NCBI RefSeq assembly: GCF_026571515.1
Contig: NW_026856044.1
Location: forward strand, 1 to 64,000
DNA: 64,000 bases
Origin: Ruditapes philippinarum
Taxonomy: Eukaryota
Direction of reading: 5' to 3'
Shown here: positions 1-12,640 of the stretch, piece by piece
Position numbering within the stretch: position 1 is the first letter of the stretch
Layout of the letters: each line of letters opens with the position of its first letter
Made by a program: the position numbers and the translations under genes
Notes under the pieces: model-generated
Told to the model about the DNA's origin: nothing
Seen by the model: the letters and a program-made list of their open reading frames with translations, nothing else
Database searches by the model: none

Positions 1-378
1 AATCATCAGTGATCTTTAAGTCATCAGTTACCTTTTAAGTCATCAGTGATCTTTTAAGTCATCAATATATTTGGAGTATTATTCAACTTGGAAATTAAGT
101 GATTTATTGGAACTTGGATTATTAATTATTTTCTTTGTGGATTTTATTGTGGGAAATTTATTCTAAAGTGTTCTTGGATTTACTTGGATTTAACTGTGCT
201 ATGGAAAAGGATCATTCCAGGATGCAAGACTAGACATTTGTCAATTTTTATTTGGACTTCAGGTATTTGTAAAGTTATTTGTTATTTTATTTTTCTTTAA
301 TAATTTTTCTGTAATAAATTTGTTATTGTTACAAGTTTGTTGCTGGCTTTTCTTTCTCGTTACGCCTGGCTCGTAACA
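1..378 (+). repeat. Short ~19-20 bp tandem repeat followed by a possible LTR 3' end
   Basis: (atcagtgatctttaagtc)-like unit x3 at 1-63. AATAAA near 313 and the segment ends ...GGCTCGTAACA at 378, resembling an LTR terminus. No coding evidence. Confidence 0.3.
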
Positions 379-1167
379 ACGCTCAGTCAGACAAGACCAC
401 CGACCAGAAACCTGGTTTTCTTTTTCTCTTTTTTATTTCGTAAAATGGCTTTAGAAGAAAACGGACAGTAAAATAATCAAATGAAGAATGCCTGTAGGTC
501 GTCCAACATTATAAAAGTAAAAATTTCGCCTTCTTAATGTCATTCAAATTGTTCATTAAACGGCATAAATAAATCCATGATACCGTCCTTGCCCCTAGGT
601 TCAGCTCGAGCATTTTTTAAATAAGATATTTAATCCGCCGATATACACATTTAGCTTTTCTCGTAGAACGTTAAGTCCACAAGGCGTTGTATGGTCCCTA
701 AACTTGTAAATGAAAGTTCAAGCAATAAACGAGATAACAGTGAACAGATCTAAAAAACGGGATTTGATAGGGTTATGAAGACTGTTGTAACTATGTCATG
801 TGTTCCTAAATGGCAAACTGTGAAACAAATTAATGAATATAATTTATCTTCTTTTCATAAGAATTAACAAGTTCAAGTTCATTTTCAGCGCTAATACATT
901 CATTTGTTTTAACATCTAACTTGCTTTAAATCCATTACTAGAACATAATTGAACACATGTTGAACCTGTCTAAAGAATTAAAATTTTACTGATTTCTTAG
1001 ACATATTGCGCCTTAAAGTATTATGGATAAGTTCTTATAAATTAATTGTTAAGTCTGATATTGGTGATCCTGAATATACATGTATCATGCTATGCCTCAT
1101 AATTGAAAAAAGGAAACAATAAGACAGTTGTATGTGATAAATTAAGAATATGACTCTTTTCAACAAA

Positions 1168-3575
1168 TTAGAGATCCTTGTATAGCGTGTCTACTGAAGG
1201 ATGGATTGGAATATTGCAATTGTCTGTAACACAGCAGTAGGTACATTCAAAGGAAAGAAAGTTGAAATCGCTGCCCTTGAATTGTCTACATTTATCGTTA
1301 TCCGATGATCCAAGGAACCAGTCTGTATAGCATGTAGAAAAGTTCCCGCAGCTAAATACAAAAAAAATATATGTTGGTGGTGCCTTTCTGAAGAAGGTGG
1401 TAACTGTAAGGTGTATATGTAGACAACTGTGTTAGTAAGTGGTTTCTTACAATATAAGTTTATTTATCTAGATAAACTCATAATTTTAGCATGTTTCGTA
1501 TTTTTTCTATCCCTATCATAAATGTGCAATACGTTTGTGCATTACAAGTCTAAGAAAACAAAACATAGCAGTAAAAGATGATTACATGTATAATGACCTG
1601 TTTGGCAAAACATAATCTGTATTTACCTTCTTTCAACCGTCCTTGTGCCATCAATGTAATTTGTTAACTTGTTGATACAATAATTATTAGGCGGCGAGCA
1701 AGGTGTAGGGGCATATAGTTGCTCACATAGGAACCGGGGTCCTGTACATACAGCACACGTTGCTAAAAATTGAAATATCTATTAAGAAATAATGCAAATC
1801 AATCAATATATTCTCATTTTTATGCTAAACCTTATATCACATCCGGCAAACTTACGCTCAAATTTCAAAATGTAGTATGCTGAAAAACGAGCAAATAGAG
1901 CGGGAGCTGTTTTAAACGGCTGAATGTAAGTACTCTTTAATAATTTAATAATGTGTTTGTCTTTTTATTTATTTAATTTTTGTTGTTGTTGTTGTTTTTT
2001 TCTTCAAAAAACGGTCAATGTAGTTCCCAGTAGGACTGATAGAGGCTCACAGTGATTAGATCTGTTGCAAAAATGACAAATTAAACTCAAAGGAACATTT
2101 TCCCCTGACGAAATGAACGACGATTTCTTGAATATTGAACGTTTAAACCCTGAAAATGCTCTTCTCATTTCACATTTTGAGAATGTGTATTAGAAAAAAA
2201 TAACTACCCGTTACAAGAACTTGTCATTAGATCGTAAGCCTGTCGGGTATGATATATACATGTAGGTAACTTTAATAAAGCAAATTTCAAAATGTAGTAT
2301 GCTGAAAAACAAGAAAATAGAGCGGAAGCCGTTTTAAACGGCTGAATGTAAGGACTATTTAATAATTTAATATGTGTTTGTTCTTTTATTCATTTAAGTT
2401 TTTTTTTAAAACGGTGAATGAAGATTCCTGTAGGATTGTTGAAGGCTCCCATTCCAATGATCTGAGCTGTTGCTAAAATGGGAATTAAACTAAACTCGAG
2501 AGGACATTTTTCATCTGACGAAATGAACGACGATTTCTTGAATACTGAACGTTTAAACTCTAAATAATGCTCGTCTCATTTGATTTTGTTGAAAACGTGT
2601 ATTAGAAAAATAACTACCCGTAACAAGAACTTATCATTACAGCATAAGCTTTCCGGGTGTGATATATAAATGTAAGTTACTTAAATAAAGCTTGTGCTGA
2701 GGGGTTGCCTTTAAGTGTTTAGGGAAGAGTATTGAAGCCACCGTTCATCTCTTTATGATCGTTAGAGGCGTCTAAATGGGATCTATGCATCTCTTAGTTC
2801 CAGCAAGTGAGGTGGTTTTGATCCCATGTGATGTTCTAAGTTTGTAACACCTGAGATAAACTATAGTCATCTTTCCTGTTTCGGGACCATATATGGCTTA
2901 AATTGTATATGTGTGCAAATAGTAAGCAAGGCAAAACGTGGGATAGTATTCATTTCAGTAATGCTATTTGAGTCAAAATGTGCACAAAAGTTGAACATGA
3001 CCATCCACAAAATAATTCTAAATGACAAAACACTGGGGATAATACTGCTATTCTAACAATCAAGCTCGTTAAAAAGAATTATCTACATCTCGCGTTCATC
3101 AAAGTGTATCGTGTTTCATTCTCAAGAACACATTTCATTATAATTGAAGCTTTTGAATGTGTGTGTGTTTGTGTCTAAAGAGAAGTTTATTTGTGCAATA
3201 AAATGTTACTTGTAACTGGTGGTAACGTCCTGGGCTGCCTCGATGTTGTACTTGTTTGTACAGTTCCATTCATGAACGGGCTCAATCAAACCGAGCCTGC
3301 AACATTAAATTGTGTCGTATTGGCGTTCTTTAGGGATTCCTTTTTTCTTCAATTTACATGTTTTGATTTTACAAAATATTTCAATTTTCTAATCTAAAGT
3401 CTTATCAGAACCACATTTAATGCCGAACGTGATTATTTAAACGGAAAATATTTGAAATGCTCAAAGTTTGATGCATTTTAAGAGTTATATATATGTAACG
3501 AGTGTTACCTATTGATAATGCATTAGCCACTGCTAGTGTCACACATACGAGGAAAACAATCCGAAGTTTAAACAT
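1168..3575 (-). CDS. Secreted 12-Cys three-finger/Ly6-uPAR-like protein, 128 aa, 3 exons
   Basis: Exons 3509-3575, 1627-1762, 1168-1351 with GT-AG sites and compatible phases (1, 2). Translation: MFKLRIVFLVCVTLAVANALSIATCAVCTGPRFLCEQLYAPTPCSPPNNYCINKLTNYIDGTRTVERSCGNFSTCYTDWFLGSSDNDKCRQFKGSDFNFLSFECTYCCVTDNCNIPIHPSVDTLYKDL*. Has a signal peptide, CxxC start and CCxxxxCN end. Confidence 0.75.
1859..2691. repeat. ~420 bp direct tandem duplication in intron 1 of the three-finger gene
   Basis: caaatttcaaaatgtagtatgctgaaaaac starts at both 1859 and 2281. The two units are colinear to ...aataaagc. Confidence 0.9.
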
Positions 3576-4058
3576 TATTAAACTTTATACACTACTGTCC
3601 TAGATTTTTTGATGAAAATAAAATAATGACACAATGACTGTATCTTATCTTCATTATCACAGGGTTAAAAATTGTTACTTGTTACTTTATCTTAAAATGC
3701 CCTCTAAATCTGACCCAAACAGGCCATATATAAAATATTTTCTAACACTCACGAGAATGTGTCACTATAGACAAAGAAGGGAAAAAAACGGTGTTAAACT
3801 GCAAATAAACACTGGTTAGGGACTGCTTGTATATGCGGCTGTTATGTTTTCACCCTCTATTATATTATTTGCAAAGCCTTTTAAAGCAACGATATAAAAA
3901 GCATTTGTATTTATATTTTCAGTTCTTATAATGTTTCATACAATACCGAAATAATATCTCACATACACTAACGCCACATATTTGATTCATATCAATATTT
4001 ATATTGTACCAAAATGGCGTTAGTATAATTATACATTACCGTTCTTCTTATTATATGA

Positions 4059-4189
4059 NNNNNNNNNNNNNNNNNNNNNNNNNNNNNNNNNNNNNNNNNN
4101 NNNNNNNNNNNNNNNNNNNNNNNNNNNNNNNNNNNNNNNNNNNNNNNNNNNNNNNNNNNNNNNNNNNNNNNNNNNNNNNNNNNNNNNNN
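4059..4189. other. Assembly gap (131 N)
   Basis: Run of N. Confidence 1.
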
Positions 4190-6412
4190 TCAAATCTGGA
4201 TTGACATGATCTCGTATTAGGAGTGATGGTTTACGGGTAGATATACAATGCCACGACCTTGCATTTTTGGTTGGTCAGTCCTTTCCTTGATTTTAAGTAA
4301 TACTGAATGGGTGGCGTGTTCTCTGAATATACCGTATCATAATTATGATAGAAATGTTATAACGATTGTATTAGCATGTACATGAATCTTTCAAATTTCA
4401 ATTAGGGGTACAAATATATATTTAACTTATTGCAAACATAGACATGTAAAATTCTTACAATAGGAAAAAAATATATTATTATATAATATATATCAGCAGC
4501 AAAATTATTGTCTGAATTAAAAAAAACATTTAAATTGAAAATGCTTGTATGAAAGAAATATGACAGTAAATTGCCTCAAAAGCGAATGACAGAGGCACGA
4601 AATCATTGATAAACTGTTAAAACCCTATTGAAAATAGCAACGTTGAAACATTTTATTCTGTTGACATTTCTAATATTCATGTGTGTTGAATAACAGAGAC
4701 ATGTTAGAACTCAGAAAAATTGTTGTTTCTGATAGTCTTTGTTACATACGTAGCCCCTAAGATAACATGTTTAACACTTTTTTTTCCCGGCACTTAATTC
4801 GTTTTTACGAAATATTGGTTAGAAGTTTCGAAATATTTATTATATTTTCACAAAATATTAGTTCGTTTATACGAAATAATAATTCGTTTTGACAACATAT
4901 TTATTCGTAATTACGAAATATTAATTAGTTTTTACGAAATATTAATTCGTTTCTATATTAACTGTAATTACGAAAAATTATTTCGTTTTAACGAAATTTT
5001 ATTGTCATTGTGAGCTTGACAATCAACACAATCATATACAAGCCTGGATCAACTTCGACACCAAATATAATGATTTTATTTCATGCTTTCCAGTGTTTTA
5101 TTGTAATTTGTCAGATGATTATATTCTGATAAACCACTAGTGAAATTTATAAAATATAATTTTCACTGTAGCCGAACTATATCTGAATGCGGATGAAAAG
5201 AAAATCATAACTAAATGGAATAGCAGGCTGAAATAAATGCCGTCATGCGTAAATGTTGCTTCTTTAGGACAAGAAAGTCTATGTCACCATACATCATGTT
5301 AAAAATGTAACAAAGTTAGAGAAATTTAACAGCACTATATTTCAAAATTGATGATGTGACGTCATGATGTGATGACGTCAAAAAGGAGAATGCGCGACGT
5401 TACGCGGCAAAATCAGTAAAAAAATACTTAAAATCACTGAAATAGCATGAAATAAAAAGAAAATTTATTTGTTTTACATAAAAGATTGGAATATAATTTC
5501 ACTGAGTGAACACCACATGCAATATTTTCTCTAGTTATTATATTTTTGTGAAGAGGATTTTTGAGTGAGAAGTCATTTTCTTTTTTCCCATTTTGAAATA
5601 CATATTTCCAACAGCTAGTAACAGCTTTTAATTTTAGAGACAATTAATATTTTTTGATATGTTTCTTTGAAAAGGAAACTGGCTATATTATTACTTTCTT
5701 TCATCATACACATTAGTAAAACGTAAATGTGATAAAAAGCGAATTACGCAAGCACGAAATCATTGGTAAACTATTAAAGCAGCACGCCTCCAGATTCATG
5801 TTAATTTTCGTAACAATTTTGGAAATGTATTTAAAAGTAATATAATGTGAGGTGAACAAATAAAGAATTTGCAGTCGGAACTTAAAACCCACGAAAAATA
5901 CCAAAAAATGGTCAACATATGCAAATACAGCCCTTATTGGTTAGTAACACAGTACAAATATTGTGATAATATACTGCAAAATCTGTTTTAAACTGATCAT
6001 TACATGTAAAATATAACTTGGACCTTGAATGATTTTACCTGTCTTAAAAGTTTATTGCATTTTTCTCAATATTTGTTTTCTTGAAATATTCTGGCTCATC
6101 TGGGGGCGTGCAGCTTTAAAACACTACTCAAAATAGCAACATTATATTTTGTTACAAAACATTTTACTCTCTTGACATATGTAATATACTATTTTGTAAA
6201 ATAACAAAAACATTGTATGTTAGCTTTAAGAAAAATAATTGTTTCTGGAATTCTTTGTAATTCTTCATTGAAACAAAATCTACATTAAATCAGGCATTGA
6301 AATTCTACATTGAATTCTACATTGATTGCATTACCATGCTGTTTAAAGATTAATCCCATGAGCTCAAAGTCAACAAATTTCTTAATGAACCTAAAACTGA
6401 TGGCGCCTAATT
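4190..6412. repeat. Paralogous copy of the PC-A 3' flank, with an internal ~21 bp minisatellite
   Basis: 4190-4760 matches 14970-15560 (ggattgacatgatctcgtattaggagtga...). 6130-6412 matches 15450-15743. (ttacgaaatattaattcgttt)n at about 4795-5000. Confidence 0.8.
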
Positions 6413-9400
6413 TTAAAAATGGAAAATTGCAATAGCGCACAGGGCAATAGCAGATATAGATAAGAACATTATGATAAGAGTAAAATAAGATATATAGCTT
6501 TCATTCGCAGTTTTTACGATCTCTTCCTCGTCATCTATTAAATCCTCGTCTTGAACATAATTACTGTCACTAAAATCAGTCTTATCATTTATCCTCTTTT
6601 CAGTTACATTATAAAATGATTTAAACGGGTGACTGGCCAGTTCCAAAAAGTGTTAATGCTAAAATTCTTCACCTCTAGTTGTTCTGAAAAAGAAAACGAT
6701 GTTTGAAAGTTAATATCACAATGAAAAGCCAAAATTCCTTCCATCAAAATGTTAATTCTTTACCTCATAAAATTTGTCAACTTTTTATTATTATTATCAT
6801 TATTATTTTTTATTATCTCATCATTATCAAATTTAACATCAGCCCCTTAAATTTACTCTACACATTAGGATCTAACATTTTACCATAGGCATCTTCTCGT
6901 GGTCTTTCAAACAACCAATTATTGGCGAGCTTTCATTATTTTGAAAGCGATGCGGTTTCTAATTCTTACCACTCAGTAGTTAATTTTCACAATTTCGAGT
7001 ACAAACATGACGTTGTCAGATAAACGGTCAATACAATCTTGCCATTTAAAAGTGACTCTATTATTTCAAGTAAATTTGTTAAAAATTACTTCAAATCAAC
7101 AATGTTTTAACTTCCATGGATAACGTTGTTTTGATACTTCTTCTAATGCCTATCTGTAAAAATCGCTTTGATTGCATGGCTAAAAATAGCTTTCTCGGGA
7201 AATCCAAATTATAAAAAAGGCGAAACATATACGGTCGTCATCAGATCTACATGGAAGAAATAAGTAGATCTGAACATAAGTCAGAAAGTACAATGGATAT
7301 GAATAGATCAAGGAATGATAAAATCTTTTCTCTTTAAGATATTGCGTAATTATAATTTCAACAAGCTTTATTTAAAAGAAGGAAACACATCTAGAAAAGA
7401 TAGGAACTCCACATAGGAACACATACTTTGATTAATGTTTATGGCTTATATTGAAAACAAATTGTCAGTTTCCGGCAGGGGTTTTCACCCAAAATGAACA
7501 TGACGTAAAATTTCATATTCTCCATCCTCGTAAGTTTTTTTTACGATTTCACATTTCCTTTGCGACTTAAGTTAGCTTAGTGAACAAGTCCGAGTGTGGT
7601 TGAAACAAAGAACAATGTCAAGTAAGTCGTCATGCTGTTTTGTATAGCTTAAACTTATTTTGCACATGCTCTAATTGTTTTATACAGTCTTTATCCGACA
7701 GCACAATGGGTCTACTTGTAGGTAAAGTGAGTTATAACATTTTCTCGAGGCAACCTGTAAATAAAAAGTAAATTACTGACATAATACAAGAATAAACAAG
7801 TATACTACGCAGACTTAACATCGGCGGGGTAACAAAATAAAATATTCAGACAGCAAGAAAACCACTTGTAGAATACTTTTTTAAAAATTTTATTTGTTGG
7901 TCAAAGCAAATTCAACTGCGTACATTAACTGGTATTTATCTCCAACACTCCATTAACACCAGTTTGCATAAAAAATGAAATGAAATGACCAATGAAGTAA
8001 TACATTAGGGTTTAAATTAAAGTGTTTATTTTATCTTAGCCGTCAAAAATTACTATTCGCCGTCAAATTCATATATGTTTCATGCAATACAATCAATAAC
8101 TTTAAGATAACGATTGCAGACTCGACTTGATTTCGTCTGTTTATGAAAGGTTGTGCAAAATCTCGCACGCCTTCTAGTACCGGCTTAAGTAATATTTCTT
8201 AGGTCACTCTGCAAAATCTATGTATTTTAAAATCTTTCTTGTAGCATCAAACACAGTTTTCGTAAACTTTTTTAATTTTACTGACCGTATTCTGCAAATT
8301 GCGGCTTCTTTGACTGTCTTTTGTTTGTTTTTGTGCGTGGTACATTTGTCCAATTTCTTGCCATAAGTTGTCATTTTTGCAGATTTCATTAATCAAAATC
8401 CAAAAAGAAAGAATTCAACTGAAAATATGAAAGTTAAATGACTCTATGAAAATTATTTAAAAAAAATAGAGATAAATTCGCCTAAAGATTTAAGGCTTGC
8501 TAATGAATAGTTGGGTTATTAATGATCATTTTCTTTTACTTTGAAGATATTTTACCTGTGGTTTGTGCTTTTTCGTATTATTTTATTCAATAATTTCTTA
8601 GATAAATGTCTGTTGTTTCTACACCTTTCTTAAATTTAATAGAAAACAATTTAAGAGATAAACATGGCAGTTACAGAAAAAGATTCATTGAATGTATTCA
8701 AGTTCTTGTTCGATTATAGTTGGTAGCCTTTATTTTTCAACATTGATACAAGTTTACCTTTATAGTTTACTTTAAGGTGTTCACTATAACTTACACTGTA
8801 GCCAGCGGCATTTTTTCTGAAGTTGTCCGGTGTTTTCTAGTCTTTCATTGTGAGGCTGACAATACAATAATGTTTGTAAATCTCTCCATGTAATGTTAGG
8901 ACTGGAAAAAGCGTTGTTATATACCAAGGTGATTTAGTAATATTCCATCTTTTACCTTGCACAGAAATATCTTAGATATATTGACATTTTTATCTATAAC
9001 AATATATAATATTGAATTCTAAGATGACATATAAACTTCATATGATAAATCTAACAAAGAGTCACACTTGTGAACGCTTTTGGATAGCTACAAATGATTG
9101 AGGTGGTAATAATTTATATCTTTTTACGAAACTCTATGAAACTGCTTTCATTTTGTTTAAAGGTTTTGAAAATGACCACCTTAAATTAAAAAAATAGACT
9201 TAAAAAAAAAGGTAGGCCTCAAAACGTGAATTGTTTCATTATAACAGTCCGAGCGTTTCCTTATTTTTATGTTTTTATACTCTTTTTTGCCTGTATTAGT
9301 TAAAGCATTTAAATACCAGAAGCTAAAGCAGTTTTGAAAGCAGAATGTTCCCCCTAAAATCATTCAACACTTTGTTTGTTCGTGGCGTTGTAGTCTCCTG

Positions 9401-10324
9401 TGTTAAGCCAAAAGCAAAAACAACAATCATGGTACCCTTAATTGACCTTATTCGGGGGCTACAGGTTCCATTGGAACGTACCCAAATTTTTATTTATTTT
9501 CCATAATCAAACTGTATATGGAAATGGCCAAAAAAAAGTTTGTGACTGGGCTACATTAAAAGCTTAGGTTTACAGAAATTACATTTCATTAGACAAAAAC
9601 GTCTCCAAATTAATTTGAATCAAAATAAATCCTATATAATGCACTGGACAGCAAGGGGAATTCTTCTTATGATTGACATAATTTTGCCCCTTTTATCACT
9701 TTCAATTTTGTTGATGTATCAATGTTTTAATTGAGGTCAATATCAAAGCCGAACAGTTTATATACTTAATATTATTCTTGTGTTGTATTTTCTCAAAAAT
9801 ATGTATTGAAAATGTTACCAAGGGATGATACGTTTTGAAAATTTTTTTTTTGCGTATACTTTCTAATATTTCTATATACATGTACATTAAGCTTTACTAA
9901 GTTTTTCCATGTCCCCGTTTTTAATTTGGAGTTTTAAAAACTCCCCGTAAGGGTTGGATTGCCCAAGGGTTATGAAAAAGGTGGGGGGCCACATGGAAAG
10001 TATAATGAGGTTCTTGATCCGCGTTCTTGCCAACACTTGAGATGGTGACATTGTATATTGCTGCTACCAGAAGCTTCTATGTTACCAATCATAATATAGG
10101 ACCAAATGTCCTATTTCTCCTGGCAGAAAAAACACAAAGATTTTCTTCCCTCTTACCTTTTCGACCCATTTTAACAAGAAATAATAATTTGTTGAATTTT
10201 TTTACGAGAAAAGTTACTTAAGACAATAAACTAATTTTTACAATTCATCACATCTAGTTTCAGAAAACCAGCTTTTGGAGCATTCAAAATTTAATATTGT
10301 TACATTTTCAATTCAAAAATATTA

Positions 10325-10545
10325 GAATCAGTAATGGTTTGCTTTCCAGCCTGTACCATTGTTGGAGGAAAACTCAGCGGAGGCCTTTCTTGGTGCCAAT
10401 TATTTCAGCCACGGAAAACGGACACCTTTTAGCAGCAAACCGCCGACATGCCCGTATAAGCTAGCTGGATAACTTCCCTCGCATTAAAAAATGGGCTTGA
10501 ATCCCGGAAACTACCTTTATCTACTTCGGACACGGACGCGTAGCC
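10325..10545 (-). mobile_element. SINE fragment (Deu-like central domain), intron 7 of PC-psi
   Basis: Noisy copy of the element at 19215-19405. Confidence 0.6.
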
Positions 10546-11188
10546 CCTCAAGGTATTACATCCGTATTTCCCTTAGTTTCAAAGACATAGAGCCGAAAAA
10601 GCCCAATCTAAATGAAGGAGAAAAGCCAACAATTTTGAGTTTTTAATTTTTTCAGCAACTTGTGTTGATTACTTTGCAAGCCTAGGTTTATTCTTTACTA
10701 GGAAAAAACCAACTTCAATTAACGAAATAATTATTTAAACCTTTGTTTAACGCCTTCTTTTAGAGCCTTGATATTTCATGTAAATAGTTGAAGCCTTTCT
10801 AAATTTACCAGCTTTAGATTGAAACTGTTTGCCGCCTACGTCGCATGAATATATATCTATTTCATCCTTTTTATAAACAATAGCTGATGGAATATGTTTC
10901 TGTTGATAAGGCAAATCCATGAAACATCCATGAAACGGGGCTCTCGCCAGGATGGAACACTTTTAAAGCTAAAATATCGAAAGGGAATAATATCTTAAAA
11001 TGCGAAAGATTTATGCATGATGAACGTTTCTACCGGTAATATCTTAATATATTTGTTTAGATTAAAGCGACAAATCAAATTGAAATAGTACATAAATGCA
11101 TGTATTATCATTATTAGAAACTTTAGTCGTCGCCTTAGAAACGATAGTAGAAAAATATATAGAACCTCTCTCCCCTGAATAAAATACT

Positions 11189-11299
11189 AACTTACTTACT
11201 TACTTACTTAATTACATACTTACTTACTTACTTACTTACTTAACTACTTAAATACTTACTTACTTACTTACTTACTTAGTTACTTACTTACTTACTTAC

Positions 11300-11358
<59 letters not shown>

Positions 11359-11362
11359 AACT
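11189..11362. repeat. (ACTT)n microsatellite
   Basis: About 40 imperfect ACTT units. Confidence 0.95.
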
Positions 11363-11580
11363 AACATATCATTTAAATTATTTATTGTTTATTACTCTCA
11401 GTTGAAGAAAAAACAACGGAAGTTGAAATGTATGTTTGTTTATAAGAAACATATTGCAAACCTGCTAATTTTGCATTAAATGCAACTCCAGCAGAACAGT
11501 TGATTGCCGAATTCCGCACCAATAAGTCCAGTGGCCATTGTTCCATTAATGCAAAGACAATAGTGAACACATATACATAG

Positions 11581-12640
11581 AGAATAATAGGTTGGTGCCG
11601 TGGATTGAGAAAGTTTATCTGGCGAGGCGGAGGAATTTATTGGGTGAGCCGAAGGCGAACCCAATAAATTCCGGAGCAGAGCCAGATAAACTTTCTCCAT
11701 CCACGGCACCAATCTATTATTCTATTTATCCTGTCACCGTTTTTTTAAAGAATTTTATTAGGCAAACAACCTTAAATCACACTATCGGAAATGTTTCTAT
11801 ATAAACAAAGAAGGCCCTAATTTTTCTACACCAATGCACTCGCCGTTCTTATTATCTCCCCGTGTATTTTCACATTGAGGGCGCCATTTTGTTTGAAAAA
11901 TGTGATAAATAAAAACAATTTTTTGTCGAATTTTGTTGTGAAAACTATCTAGAATGAAGGAAAATGGTCTAACTAAGAAAATGAATTCGAATACCAATAT
12001 CTTTTATTCAGTCGTTAACGCTGTACAGACGTTTAAAGTATTGTTTACGTGACGTCACAATGTAGCGCCAAACAGCACGTGCAAAACAATCAAATCAAGT
12101 ACGCTATTCTAAAATGTCGCAAACAGTTAAGTTTTACATTTATTTCACTTTAAATAATTTTTATTTCGCTTGAAAAATTATAGAGTGAAATAAAATAAAC
12201 AAACAAAGTTTTATCAACGTTTCCAAAATTCGTTATTCTACACACAGAAGATTTAACGACAGTTTTTATATTTTTTCTTGAAAAGTAGTCCGGCAAACAT
12301 GCATACCACGTGATCAAGTGCCGTAGATCAGTAAAAATATACGGCACCTTGTTATCGGGCCGAAATTGAGACAAGTGACAGGATAAATGTATTTATCACA
12401 TACCCTTGCCGTTTTTGCGACTCCGTAAATATATTATTGCACGGCCGTGTACATATTTTTTCGTGACGTCATTTACTTTGTATAAGCATAGCGTTATGTC
12501 ACGCAAAATGTTAGTGCTACACTATAAGCGCATCGATGAAAAATGGTTCTTATTCAGTTCAAACGGTCTTTACTGTTGGTATATGATAAACTGAATATTA
12601 AATTCGTGTAAGTTCATTGCAAGAGACTCGCATAACAATT
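11581..12640. mobile_element. Palindromic (hairpin) non-autonomous DNA element
   Basis: Near-perfect ~143 bp hairpin 11581-11723 (agaataataggttggtgccgtgga...gagccgaaggcgaa...tccacggcaccaatctattattct). A second inverted pair, atttatcctgtcac / gtgacaggataaat, lies at about 11724 and 12375. Right boundary approximate. Confidence 0.65.

Larger units (their letters stand above)
6413..11547 (-). pseudogene. PC-psi: truncated chimeric convertase copy (exons 6-13 only), many frameshifts
   Basis: Exons 7-13 and their introns are colinear with PC-A 15744-19940 but carry many 1-bp indels. The exon 6 remnant (11462-11547) is PC-B/C-type, with acceptor AG>AT, catalytic His CAT>AAT and a 2-bp deletion. 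Exons 1-5 were not found before the PC-A 3' flank. Confidence 0.75.

Noticed and set aside
3210-3296. In-frame TGA as selenocysteine, or a Kazal-like LGLIEPVHEWNC exon
   Set aside because: No SECIS was recognised and the context is not redox-like. The segment is homologous to a dispersed repeat, and the Kazal-like frame is phase-incompatible with the neighbouring exons.
11476-11804. Two near-identical ORFs on opposite strands (MVPW.EKVYLA...)
   Set aside because: Artefact of the 143-bp hairpin; these are not genes.
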